Of a DNA stretch of 39,566 bases, positions 31,677-39,566 are shown piece after piece (within the stretch, counting starts at the first letter, position 1; each line of letters starts with the position of its first letter). Location: the IMG/VR virus record IMGVR_UViG_3300030381_000063, positions 1-39,566 of that record; one strand, given 5' to 3'. The notes under the pieces were generated by a model. That model saw nothing but the letters and a program-made list of their open reading frames with translations. It was not told where the DNA came from and made no database searches. The position numbers were made by a program, and so were the translations under genes. The DNA is from a virus.

Positions 31677-32258
31677 ATGGCTATTGCAGGAAAACACGGC
31701 GTGACCGAAAACACGCCGAAAAACATTCTTTTCGGTGCTGGCACGATCCACAAGGGGCTGAAATACACGTCCAATGCGTGGAACTTTGAAGCGTCCCTTG
31801 TCGGCGCTACTTCCGGCGGCTCTAAGCTTTCAATTATCCCGGAAATCACCAACATTGAGGTTGACGGTGTTCTTGTGAAAGCGAAGGGACTTGCCGCCAA
31901 GACCGGCGAGACCGCGAGCATGGAAGTCAACTTCATTGAGCTGACGAAAGACATCATCAAAGCGGCAACGTTCGGCACGGAAGGCACTTCCGCTGACGTT
32001 GCGAAGTATGACGTTATCGAAAGCAAGTCCAACATTGCCACGGGCGACTATTGGGAAAATATCGCCTTTGTCGGAAAGACGCTGGAAGGCGAAAACATCA
32101 TCGCCATTCTGGATAATGCCCTTGTTACGTCCGGCTTTGAGCAGGAAGGCAAGAACAAGGAAGGCGCTGTCGGCAAGTATACCTTCGAGTGCTATGCCGA
32201 ACTGACCGGCGAGCTGGACAAGCTTCCCTGGCATATCTACTATCCGAAGGCTACTTAA
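31677..32258 (+). CDS. Major tail protein
   Basis: 193 aa, upstream of the chaperone/tape-measure genes and followed by a strong terminator, which is typical for a high-abundance product. Confidence 0.85.
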   Translation: MAIAGKHGVTENTPKNILFGAGTIHKGLKYTSNAWNFEASLVGATSGGSKLSIIPEITNIEVDGVLVKAKGLAAKTGETASMEVNFIELTKDIIKAATFGTEGTSADVAKYDVIESKSNIATGDYWENIAFVGKTLEGENIIAILDNALVTSGFEQEGKNKEGAVGKYTFECYAELTGELDKLPWHIYYPKAT

Positions 32259-32262
32259 ACGG

Positions 32263-32290
32263 AAAGGCAGGGGTCTCCCCTGCCTTTTTT
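32263..32290 (+). terminator. Rho-independent terminator after the major tail protein
   Basis: ggcagggg (32266-73), loop tct, cccctgcc (32277-84), then tttttt. Confidence 0.85.
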
Positions 32291-32326
32291 CAACATCCTA
32301 TAAAAATTCTGAAGGGGTTTTAATAC

Positions 32327-32737
32327 ATGACCGAAAAAACATACACGCTGCGAGGACTGACCGCCGAAGACGTTTTCCCGATGCTGAAGATCATTTCCGG
32401 CATCGGGCTAAAGGAATTCAAGGGTTGCTTTGAATCGGAAGAGCTGCGCACGGCAATTCGCGGCATGACCGCCGAAAAAGAAGATGGCGCAGAGGGCACG
32501 GAGATCGACACCACGGCGCTTGGGCTGATGGTTGCGGTCGATGTTGCGTCCGTCATCATCGCCAACGTTCCGAGGTGCAAGGATGACATTTACACGCTTC
32601 TTTCCGGGCTGTCCGGCATGAGCAAGAAAGAGATTGCCGCGCTGCCGATGAACGTTTTCCTTTCGATGATCGTTGATGTGGTCAAGAAAGAGGAATTCAA
32701 GGATTTTTTCGGGGATGTTGCCGGGCTGTTTCGCTAA
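32327..32737 (+). CDS. Tail assembly chaperone (G-like, zero-frame product)
   Basis: 136-aa acidic protein between the major tail and tape-measure genes. It contains a slippery heptamer near its 3' end. Confidence 0.85.
   Translation: MTEKTYTLRGLTAEDVFPMLKIISGIGLKEFKGCFESEELRTAIRGMTAEKEDGAEGTEIDTTALGLMVAVDVASVIIANVPRCKDDIYTLLSGLSGMSKKEIAALPMNVFLSMIVDVVKKEEFKDFFGDVAGLFR
32704..32710 (+). promoter_or_regulatory. -1 programmed ribosomal frameshift slippery site T_TTT_TTC
   Basis: The zero-frame codons are GAT TTT TTC. The -1 frame is open from 32677 to 33036. Confidence 0.8.
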
Positions 32738-33036
32738 ACGACATCCGGTTTATTGACCTTCTGTTTCAACGATATTCAAGCCCGTTGATCCTTCTGGATC
32801 AAATGATAAAGACCGGACGGCTGGAAGAGTTCATTTCAGAGCTTGTGAACATCCGCAATGAAGAGCTTGAAGAGAAAGCAACGTGGGAATTTTGGCTGCA
32901 CAAGGACTTTGAACGATCTTACGCCGAATGCCGCGATGCGATGAACCGTCAGCCGCCGAAAACCGCAACAAAAGAAGAGCTTGCCGCCATTGTGAAGCAC
33001 ACAATGGAAATGGATTTTGTGCCACCTGACGCATAA
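32710..33036 (+). CDS. Frameshift extension of the tail assembly chaperone (GT-like product, about 236 aa in total)
   Basis: The -1 frame has no stop from 32677. No RBS or ATG of its own lies near the open part. It ends just before the tape-measure RBS. Confidence 0.75.
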   Translation, partial: RGCCRAVSLNDIRFIDLLFQRYSSPLILLDQMIKTGRLEEFISELVNIRNEELEEKATWEFWLHKDFERSYAECRDAMNRQPPKTATKEELAAIVKHTMEMDFVPPDA

Positions 33037-33078
33037 TGCAGCCCCTATCTGCCCTATTTCAATTAGGGGGATAGCAAC

Positions 33079-34818
33079 ATGGAACTTTTCAAGCTGCTCG
33101 GCACGATTGCCGTTGACAACGCACAGGCGAAAGAAGCCATTGACGATACCGCGAACAAAGCGGAAGCCGGAAGCAAGAAAACCGATTCGTCTTTTAAGAA
33201 GATCGGCGAATCTGCGCTGAAAATCGGAAAATCCGTGCTGACTGCCGGTGCTGCTTTGGGCGGCGCATGGATAGCAGCAATCGAAAGTTCCAGAGAATAT
33301 AGAACCGAAATGGGCAAGCTTGACACGGCCTTTGTCACGAACGGACATTCTTCCGAAGCGGCAAAAAAGACGTATCAGGACTTGCAAGCCGTCCTTGGCG
33401 ATACGGACGTATCGGTTGAAGCTGCAAACCATCTTGCCGTAATGACGGATAACGAAAAGGATTTGCAGACATGGACGGACATTTGCACCGGCGTCTTTGC
33501 TACGTTCGGGGACAGCTTGCCCATTGAGGGCTTGACAGAAGCGGCTAACGAGACCGCGAAAACCGGACAGCTTACAGGCGGCCTTGTCGATGCGCTGAAC
33601 TGGGCAGGAATCGGAGAAGAAGAGTTTCAGGCAAAACTTGACGCTTGCAGCACCGAGCAGGAGCGCCAGAAGCTCATTATGGACACGCTGAACGGCACAT
33701 ATAAGAAAGCGTCCGAGCAGTACAAAGAGACGAATAAAGACGTTATGGCGGCAAATAGAGCCAATGAAAAGCTATCGTCTGCCTTTGCCGAGCTTGGGCG
33801 CGTCGGCGAACCTATTTTGACCACCATCAAGAATAAGACCGCTGAAATGGTTGCCGCTGCTGTTCCCCTGCTCCAATCCATTATAACGAAAATAAAGGAC
33901 ATGATTAAATGGTTCAAGCAGAACAAAAGCACCGTGCAGGCATGGGCGGCGGGTATCCTTGCGGCAACGGTCACGGTTTCCGGGTTTGTCCTTGTGCTGA
34001 AGTGGGGCAGCATAATGAGCAAGGCCACGACCGCGCTGAAGCTTGTCACAGGCGGCGTGAAGGCGTTGAATCTGGCAATGAAGGCAAATATAATCGGGCT
34101 TATTGTCTCGCTTATTATCGGCCTTGTGGCGGCTTTCGTGTACCTTTGGAAAAACAACGAGGGCTTCCGCAACTTCTGGCTGAAGATGTGGGAGAAAATC
34201 AAGTCGGCAACATCGTCAGCGGTCGCGTGGATCAAAAACAAGTTTGGGGATTTGAAAAGCGCTGTTTCCAAGGTGAAGAACACCTTCGGCAACATTAAGG
34301 ACGCCATTGCTGACAAGATCGAGGGAGCGCGGGACGCCGTAAAGAACGCCATTGACAAAATCAAGGGCTTCTTCCCTTTGAGTATCGGAAAGATTTTCAG
34401 CAACTTGAAAATCCCGAAGATCAGCGTGTCAGGCGGAAAAGCTCCTTTTGGCATCGCCGGAAAAGGCAAGCTTCCGAATTTTAATGTCAAGTGGAACGCC
34501 GAAGGCGGCATCCTTGACAAAGCAACAATCTTCGGGCGTGTGGGCGATACGTTGCTTGGCGGCGGCGAAGCCGGAGCGGAAGCCATAGCGCCCATTGATA
34601 CGCTGCTGGATTATGTCCGGATAGCGGTAAGGGGCGAGAATGAGGGCGTCCGAAAAACGCTCATCGAGCAGACGCAGCTTTTAATTGATTTCCTTGCACG
34701 GTCTATGCCGCATGGTGTACGGCTTGATTCCGGCGTCCTTGTCGGAGAGCTTACACCGGCAATAGATATGCAGCTTTCGGATAGGTGGAATCATGCCCAG
34801 AGGGGCAACACAAGATAG
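33079..34818 (+). CDS. Tape measure protein 1
   Basis: 579 aa, helical, with internal hydrophobic segments. The C-terminal motif is GGGEAGAEAIAPIDTL. The N-terminus is MELFKLLGTIAVDNAQAKEAIDDT. Confidence 0.85.
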   Translation: MELFKLLGTIAVDNAQAKEAIDDTANKAEAGSKKTDSSFKKIGESALKIGKSVLTAGAALGGAWIAAIESSREYRTEMGKLDTAFVTNGHSSEAAKKTYQDLQAVLGDTDVSVEAANHLAVMTDNEKDLQTWTDICTGVFATFGDSLPIEGLTEAANETAKTGQLTGGLVDALNWAGIGEEEFQAKLDACSTEQERQKLIMDTLNGTYKKASEQYKETNKDVMAANRANEKLSSAFAELGRVGEPILTTIKNKTAEMVAAAVPLLQSIITKIKDMIKWFKQNKSTVQAWAAGILAATVTVSGFVLVLKWGSIMSKATTALKLVTGGVKALNLAMKANIIGLIVSLIIGLVAAFVYLWKNNEGFRNFWLKMWEKIKSATSSAVAWIKNKFGDLKSAVSKVKNTFGNIKDAIADKIEGARDAVKNAIDKIKGFFPLSIGKIFSNLKIPKISVSGGKAPFGIAGKGKLPNFNVKWNAEGGILDKATIFGRVGDTLLGGGEAGAEAIAPIDTLLDYVRIAVRGENEGVRKTLIEQTQLLIDFLARSMPHGVRLDSGVLVGELTPAIDMQLSDRWNHAQRGNTR

Positions 34819-34851
34819 AAGGTCACGTTTCCGGTGGCCTTCTTTTATTTT
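34819..34851 (+). terminator. Rho-independent terminator between the two tape-measure genes
   Basis: aaggtcac (34819-26), loop gtttccg, gtggcctt (34834-41) with one G-U pair, then cttttatttt. Confidence 0.65.
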
Positions 34852-34878
34852 ATCTTCACGGAAAGAAGGTGAAGGTCA

Positions 34879-36777
34879 TTGGAATTATTTAAAATTTTCG
34901 GCAGAATCGCCGTGAACAACGAAGAAGCGCACAAAGAGCTTGACAACACAACGGGCAAGGCAAAAGAAGCAAGTGAAAAGATGGGAAAATTCTTTGGTTC
35001 TGTTGCAAAAACCGTTGGAAAAGCGTCTCTTGCAGCAATCGGCGCGGCAGCAACCGGAATCGCCGCACTTACAAAATCAGCGGTTGAAAACTATGCCGAA
35101 TATGAACAGCTTGTCGGCGGCGTGGAAACGCTTTTCAAGGATAGCAGCGCGAAAGTCCTTGAATATGCAAACAACGCCTACAAGACCGCTGGACTGTCTG
35201 CCAATGACTACATGGAGACGGTCACAAGCTTTTCTGCGTCCCTGCTTCAGTCTTTGGGCGGTGACACGGAAAAAGCGGCAGAGATCGGCAACATGGCAGT
35301 CATTGATATGTCGGACAACGCAAACAAGATGGGTTCAAGCATGGAATCCATTCAAAACGCCTATGCCGGTTTTGCAAAGCAGAACTATACCATGCTGGAC
35401 AACCTGAAGCTCGGTTATGGCGGAACAAAAGAGGAAATGCAGCGCCTGATTGACGATGCAAACGCATTGAACAAGGCGCAGGGCAACATGACGAAATACA
35501 GCATTGACAGTTATGCCGATATCGTCAACGCCATTCACGATGTGCAAACAGAAATGGGCGTCACCGGCACAACGGCGCTGGAAGCGTCCACGACCATTCA
35601 GGGCAGTCTTGCATCCACAAAAGCGGCGTGGGAAAACTGGCTGACCGGCACGGGAAGCGTTGACGCGCTTGTCGGAACAGTCGTTAATTCTGCCGGACTT
35701 CTCGCAAAGGCTATCGGCGACATTCTGCCGAGCCTGACAACGGGCATATCGCAGCTTGTAGCGCAGCTTGCGCCGGAGATTCCGCCTCTTATCAATCAGC
35801 TTTTGCCGAGCATCATAACAAGCATCACAACGCTGATTGACAGCATCGGCGGTCAGCTTCCGGCGATCCTTGCAACCATTTTGCCGGTCATCACGCAAAC
35901 CGCGCCGCAGATCATCAACACACTTATTACGGCGCTGATTTCCAGCTTGCCGATCATCGTATCGTCCGCCGGTCAGCTTATCCTTGCTCTGGCAGCGGGC
36001 ATTTCACAGAGCCTTCCGACGCTGATTCCGACAATCGTTGATGTCGTTTTGCAGATCGTGATGACGCTTGTAGAAAATGTCAACCTTCTTGTTGATGCGG
36101 CGGTCGATCTTATTTCCGCGCTGGCGGAAGGTCTTATCGCTGCGCTGCCGATTCTGATTGCGCAAGCGCCGACGATCATTTCAAGGCTGGTGCAGGAACT
36201 GATCGCAGCCGCGCCGCAGCTCCTGTTGTCGGCGGCTGAAATCGTCGTGCAGATCGTTTCCGGCATCGCCGACAACCTTTTCGCACTTGGCAAATCTGCT
36301 GGTGAGATCATAACGACCATTGTTGAAGGCATTGGCGAAATGTGGGGAAGCCTTGTTGGTGTAGGCTCGCAGGTCGTGGCCAAAATCCGCGAAGGAATTT
36401 CCAACGCATGGCAGGGGCTGAAAAACTGGTTCAAAGGAATTTGGGACGGACTGTTCGGCAATCTCAATGTCGATGTTAACGTCAATGGCAACAACAACAC
36501 CGGTGGCGGCGGTGGCGGCGGCGGTAAACAATACGATCAGACTGGTATGTCCGGCGCAAAAGGATTTGATTACATTCCGTATAACAACTTTCCGGCAATT
36601 CTGCACGAAGGCGAAGCAGTGCTGACTGCATCCGAAGCCGACGCATGGCGCAAGGGCAACGGCGGCGCTGGAAACGGCATTGTTATCAATCAGTACATCA
36701 ACGCACCGGCGCAGACGCCCGTTCAGCTTGCGAGCGCAACGGCGGCTTACTTTGAACAGGCGAGGTGGGCAATTTGA
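34879..36777 (+). CDS. Tape measure protein 2
   Basis: 632 aa. TTG 34879 follows a GAAGGTGAAGG RBS. The N-terminus MELFKIFGRIAVNNEEAHKELDNT is paralogous to TMP1. It has long hydrophobic repeats, a Gly8 tract and a C-terminal HEGEAVLTASEA. Confidence 0.85.
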   Translation: MELFKIFGRIAVNNEEAHKELDNTTGKAKEASEKMGKFFGSVAKTVGKASLAAIGAAATGIAALTKSAVENYAEYEQLVGGVETLFKDSSAKVLEYANNAYKTAGLSANDYMETVTSFSASLLQSLGGDTEKAAEIGNMAVIDMSDNANKMGSSMESIQNAYAGFAKQNYTMLDNLKLGYGGTKEEMQRLIDDANALNKAQGNMTKYSIDSYADIVNAIHDVQTEMGVTGTTALEASTTIQGSLASTKAAWENWLTGTGSVDALVGTVVNSAGLLAKAIGDILPSLTTGISQLVAQLAPEIPPLINQLLPSIITSITTLIDSIGGQLPAILATILPVITQTAPQIINTLITALISSLPIIVSSAGQLILALAAGISQSLPTLIPTIVDVVLQIVMTLVENVNLLVDAAVDLISALAEGLIAALPILIAQAPTIISRLVQELIAAAPQLLLSAAEIVVQIVSGIADNLFALGKSAGEIITTIVEGIGEMWGSLVGVGSQVVAKIREGISNAWQGLKNWFKGIWDGLFGNLNVDVNVNGNNNTGGGGGGGGKQYDQTGMSGAKGFDYIPYNNFPAILHEGEAVLTASEADAWRKGNGGAGNGIVINQYINAPAQTPVQLASATAAYFEQARWAI

Positions 36778-37628
36778 ATTTCAACAATCTTTCCAAACTG
36801 TTCCGCTACATCAACGACAACGGCGACAGTATCACGTTTGACTATGCCGGGGGCTTTTTAATCAATAAGCCTTCCGGCATTGACACACTGTCCATCAATC
36901 TGTCACAGGCGCAGGGCATCGATCAGGTAGGCGCGACGATCCAAAGCACCAACATCCAACCGCGCCCGGTCACGATCACAGGCTATCTTGTCGGCGATAT
37001 GCAGACGGAGAACAAGGAAAAGCTTCTGTCCGTTGTTCGTCCCGATCTCGGCGGCAAGCTGTATGCGGATGACTATTATCTGTCCGTCTATCCGACAGCA
37101 ACGCCGACGATTGAGCCGAAGCGACAGCTTGCGCAGTTTCAGCTTTCGCTTCTGGCTGCGTATCCGTATTGGTGCAAGGATGACAGCGCAAGCGCCACGC
37201 TTTCCGGCGTTCAGAAATATTTCCGGCTGCCATGCAATTTTTCAAAGACGTATCGCTTCGGTTCGCTAATGCAGACGCAGTTCATGAACGTTGCGAACCG
37301 TGGGCAAGTGCCTATTCCCTACACGGCAACCTTTGTCGCAAAGGGAGAAGTCACAAACCCAAAGATCACGAACGCCACAACCGGAAAATTCCTGCTTATC
37401 AAGAAAACGCTTGTCAGCGGGGAAAGGCTGGTCGTCGAGATCACGCACGAAAGAACCTATGTAACGTCATCCGTGGACGGAGACTGCCGGGGCGCTTTGA
37501 GCCTGTCAAGCAATTTGTTCCGGCTGGATGTTGGTGATAACGTTCTGAAGCCGGAAGCTGCGTCCGGACTGGAAAACCTTCAGGTGGACGTTGACTTTGC
37601 AACGGAGATTGTGGGGATCGCGCTATGA
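36765..37628 (+). CDS. Distal tail protein (Dit), first copy
   Basis: Directly after TMP2. ITFDYAGGFLINKPSGIDTL...RPVTITGYLVG is the pattern of the phage tail (Sipho_tail) family. The start is GTG 36765 or TTG 36774. Confidence 0.8.
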   Translation: MGNLNFNNLSKLFRYINDNGDSITFDYAGGFLINKPSGIDTLSINLSQAQGIDQVGATIQSTNIQPRPVTITGYLVGDMQTENKEKLLSVVRPDLGGKLYADDYYLSVYPTATPTIEPKRQLAQFQLSLLAAYPYWCKDDSASATLSGVQKYFRLPCNFSKTYRFGSLMQTQFMNVANRGQVPIPYTATFVAKGEVTNPKITNATTGKFLLIKKTLVSGERLVVEITHERTYVTSSVDGDCRGALSLSSNLFRLDVGDNVLKPEAASGLENLQVDVDFATEIVGIAL

Positions 37629-38650
37629 GCCTTGAAATCTATCCTTCGGACTTCTCCACGCGCTATGAGCTGAAACACGCCGTTTCCGTTCAAATGTCCG
37701 TCTACTACAACGACATCGGCAAGCTGACCGTTGTTGCGCAGGTCAATGATTACAACATCAAGGCGCTTCAGGTCGGCAATATGCTTTTCGACACGGAAAG
37801 AAACGTAACGTATATCATTGTCAACACAAAGCACGACACGGATCAAAGCCGAATCACGGCGAACGGATACACGGCAAACTGGTTGCTGAATAAGCGCTGC
37901 ATCGCGTCAGAAAATCGCCTGACAACGCTGGAAAGCGGCGTGTATGCGCTTATAAATGCGAATCTGCGGAATATGTCGCGCATTGCTACGGCAGCGGCTA
38001 CGGGGCTTACAGAAGCCACAGACGCAATCCTGCACGGCGGTCAGCTTTTGGATGAGATCATGCCGTATCTGGAAGAAGCCGGACTTGGTCAAAAAATGGT
38101 GTGGGACGCCGAAACGCTTTCCCACACCTTCCAAATCTACAAAGGCGCAGACCTGACGGCTGGCATCCATGCGGTTGTTTTCTCGGAAGAGCAAGGCACG
38201 GCGCAGGAGCTTGTCATCAATGACGATGATTCGACGCTGAAAAACTTTGCTTATGCAGCGGGAACACTGAAAAACGATGTTGCTTTTGTTGAAGAGGTCG
38301 GCACAGCAACCGGCGACACACGCCGCGAAGTCTGGTTCGATACGAACGTCCGGCAGGAAGACGAAGAAAGCGCGGACGATTGCAAGGCACGGGCGCGAGC
38401 CTACGCCACAATGGAGCTGGGCAAGCGCATACGGCGCAAATCCTTTTCCGTTGCGATTGACAGCGCAGACCTTGGCGTTGCCTACAATCTCGGTGACATC
38501 GTTTCCTGCGTCTCCGTCCGCTTCGGCGTTTCATTCAATGCCCGTATTACAGGCGTCAAGTACAAAATGGACGCAAACAGCACAAGCACCGAAATTGTTC
38601 TCGGTGATCCAATATTAACTGCTTTAGGGGAGATGAAATTAAATGGCTGA
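37625..38650 (+). CDS. Tail hub protein (siphovirus Gp37-like)
   Basis: 341 aa. The start is ATGA-coupled to Dit. Sequence type is YELKHAVSVQMSVYYNDIGKLTV...GDIVSCVSVRFGVSFNARITGVKYKMD. Confidence 0.7.
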   Translation: MSLEIYPSDFSTRYELKHAVSVQMSVYYNDIGKLTVVAQVNDYNIKALQVGNMLFDTERNVTYIIVNTKHDTDQSRITANGYTANWLLNKRCIASENRLTTLESGVYALINANLRNMSRIATAAATGLTEATDAILHGGQLLDEIMPYLEEAGLGQKMVWDAETLSHTFQIYKGADLTAGIHAVVFSEEQGTAQELVINDDDSTLKNFAYAAGTLKNDVAFVEEVGTATGDTRREVWFDTNVRQEDEESADDCKARARAYATMELGKRIRRKSFSVAIDSADLGVAYNLGDIVSCVSVRFGVSFNARITGVKYKMDANSTSTEIVLGDPILTALGEMKLNG

Positions 38651-39443
38651 AATCAAGAGTTTCCCGAACAATCAGGATGAATACAGCGGCGCGGAAGACG
38701 TTATGCGCTGGCTGCACGGCAGAACATCCGGCGTTTTTGCCGCGTCAGGAAATGCGGCGGTTGCCGCGCTTGCAACGCCGGGAATGGCTGTCACGGTCTC
38801 GGACGGCACGGGCTGGATGGCGAACGCAAACAATGACGGCGTTGTCTGGTGGAATGACACCGAGAGCGTGAGCGGCGCGAAGTTGCAGCTTGCCATTGAC
38901 GCGGCGGACGGCGTTCTGAACCGTATTGACCGCGTTATTGTGGAATGGAAAACCACAAACTACGTTGACCGCCCGGAAATTAAAATCCTGAAAGGCACGG
39001 CATCCAGCACGGCGGCAGCTCCGGCACTGACCAACAGCGGAACGAAGCGGCAGATCAGCCTTGCGCAGATTGCCGTTGCTGCCGGTACGACCGCGATCAC
39101 GGCTTCCATGATTACGGATGAACGGCAAAACCCGGACGTCTGCGGCCTTGTGACCGACACGTTGAGCATCGACACAAGCGTCATCAACGCACAGTTCACC
39201 GAGCTGCTTGCGCAGCTTCGCGCCGCCATCGAACAGGCGGCAAGCGGGCAGATCGCGGACGGATCGATCACAACGCCCAAATATGCCAACAAGTCCGTCA
39301 CTGCCGAAAAGCTTGCTGACAATATCCCGTATACGAAGTTCGGCCTTGCCGCCGATCAGGTGCGGCACATTTACGCCGGAACGACGGAGCCGTCCGCCGA
39401 TCTCGGCAGCGACGGGGATATCTATCTCATGTATTCGGAGTGA
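38643..39443 (+). CDS. Tail fibre / baseplate-associated protein
   Basis: 266 aa. RIDRVIVEW...ISLAQIAVAAG...ITDERQNPDVCGLV, then ADGSITTPKYANKSVTAEKLADNI and a terminal GDIYLMY. These are common tail-fibre motifs. Confidence 0.7.
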   Translation: MAEIKSFPNNQDEYSGAEDVMRWLHGRTSGVFAASGNAAVAALATPGMAVTVSDGTGWMANANNDGVVWWNDTESVSGAKLQLAIDAADGVLNRIDRVIVEWKTTNYVDRPEIKILKGTASSTAAAPALTNSGTKRQISLAQIAVAAGTTAITASMITDERQNPDVCGLVTDTLSIDTSVINAQFTELLAQLRAAIEQAASGQIADGSITTPKYANKSVTAEKLADNIPYTKFGLAADQVRHIYAGTTEPSADLGSDGDIYLMYSE

Positions 39444-39453
39444 GGTGAGCGGG

Positions 39454-39566
39454 ATGGCATGGAGCAAAACAGCGCCAGAACTGCCGAACGGCAGCGCGTG
39501 GGAGCAGACGATCACAAAGACAAACTTTTTTGAGCAGAACTGGTTTGTACTGAGCGGCGAATACTC
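39454..39566 (+). CDS. 5' part of the junction-spanning tail gene (continues at 2..502)
   Basis: ATG 39454 follows a GGAGTGAGGTGAG RBS. MAWSKTAPELPNGSAWEQ... runs off the window end in the same frame as 2..502. Confidence 0.75.
   Translation, partial: MAWSKTAPELPNGSAWEQTITKTNFFEQNWFVLSGEY
39468..39566. repeat. Terminal direct repeat copy 2 (identical to 1..99)
   Basis: Exact 99/99 identity with the window start. Confidence 0.95.

Larger units (their letters stand above)
1..39467. mobile_element. Complete temperate siphovirus-type phage genome (circular, 39,467 bp unique)
   Basis: Full set of lysogeny, replication/recombination, packaging, head, tail and lysis modules. The exact 99-bp terminal overlap closes the circle. 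Confidence 0.9.

Noticed and set aside
33627-34595. A 322-aa minus-strand ORF opposite tape measure 1
   Set aside because: It is a shadow frame of the tape-measure gene, with a low-complexity hydrophobic translation and no start signals.

Overview
The window is one complete, circularly closed temperate siphovirus-type phage genome. The first 99 bases are repeated exactly as the last 99, so the unique length is 39,467 bp and one tail gene reads across the junction. Family names below come from motif and architecture recognition by eye, not from a database search. The gene families look Firmicutes/Clostridia-like, but this is inference only.

Layout:
- 4573-7141, minus strand: lysogeny block with a SHOCT-like small ORF, a large serine recombinase and a membrane-anchored XRE regulator.
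- 7517-8046: CI-like repressor and a divergent-promoter switch with TTAAG-N4-CTTAA operators.
- 8078-19807, plus strand: early genes. These include many small and Cys-rich ORFs, a Cro-like HTH, a PAPS-reductase-like PP-loop protein, a radical-SAM protein, YqaJ exonuclease, DUF1351, RecT, SSB, a PD-(D/E)xK resolvase and dUTPase. They also include a replisome organizer carrying internal iterons, a G39P-like loader, DUF4406 and a sigma-region-4-like late regulator.
- 19868 to the wrap at 4569: late genes. In order these are a DNA methyltransferase, TerS, two inserted ORFs, TerL, an XhlA-like protein, the portal and a MuF protein with a JAB-like C-terminal module. A holin/endolysin cassette follows, then scaffold, capsid, connectors and the major tail protein. 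After those come the tail chaperone with a -1 frameshift, two tape-measure genes and two different Dit/hub/fibre sets.

No tRNA, rRNA, CRISPR array, reverse transcriptase or transposase was seen.

Most interesting:
- the compositionally foreign JAB-like effector module fused to MuF;
- the PP-loop plus radical-SAM pair;
- the doubled tape measure and doubled tail-tip modules;
- a repeat-rich structured element between two terminators in front of a lysis cassette that is embedded in the head operon;
- iterons plus a polypurine tract inside the replisome organizer gene.
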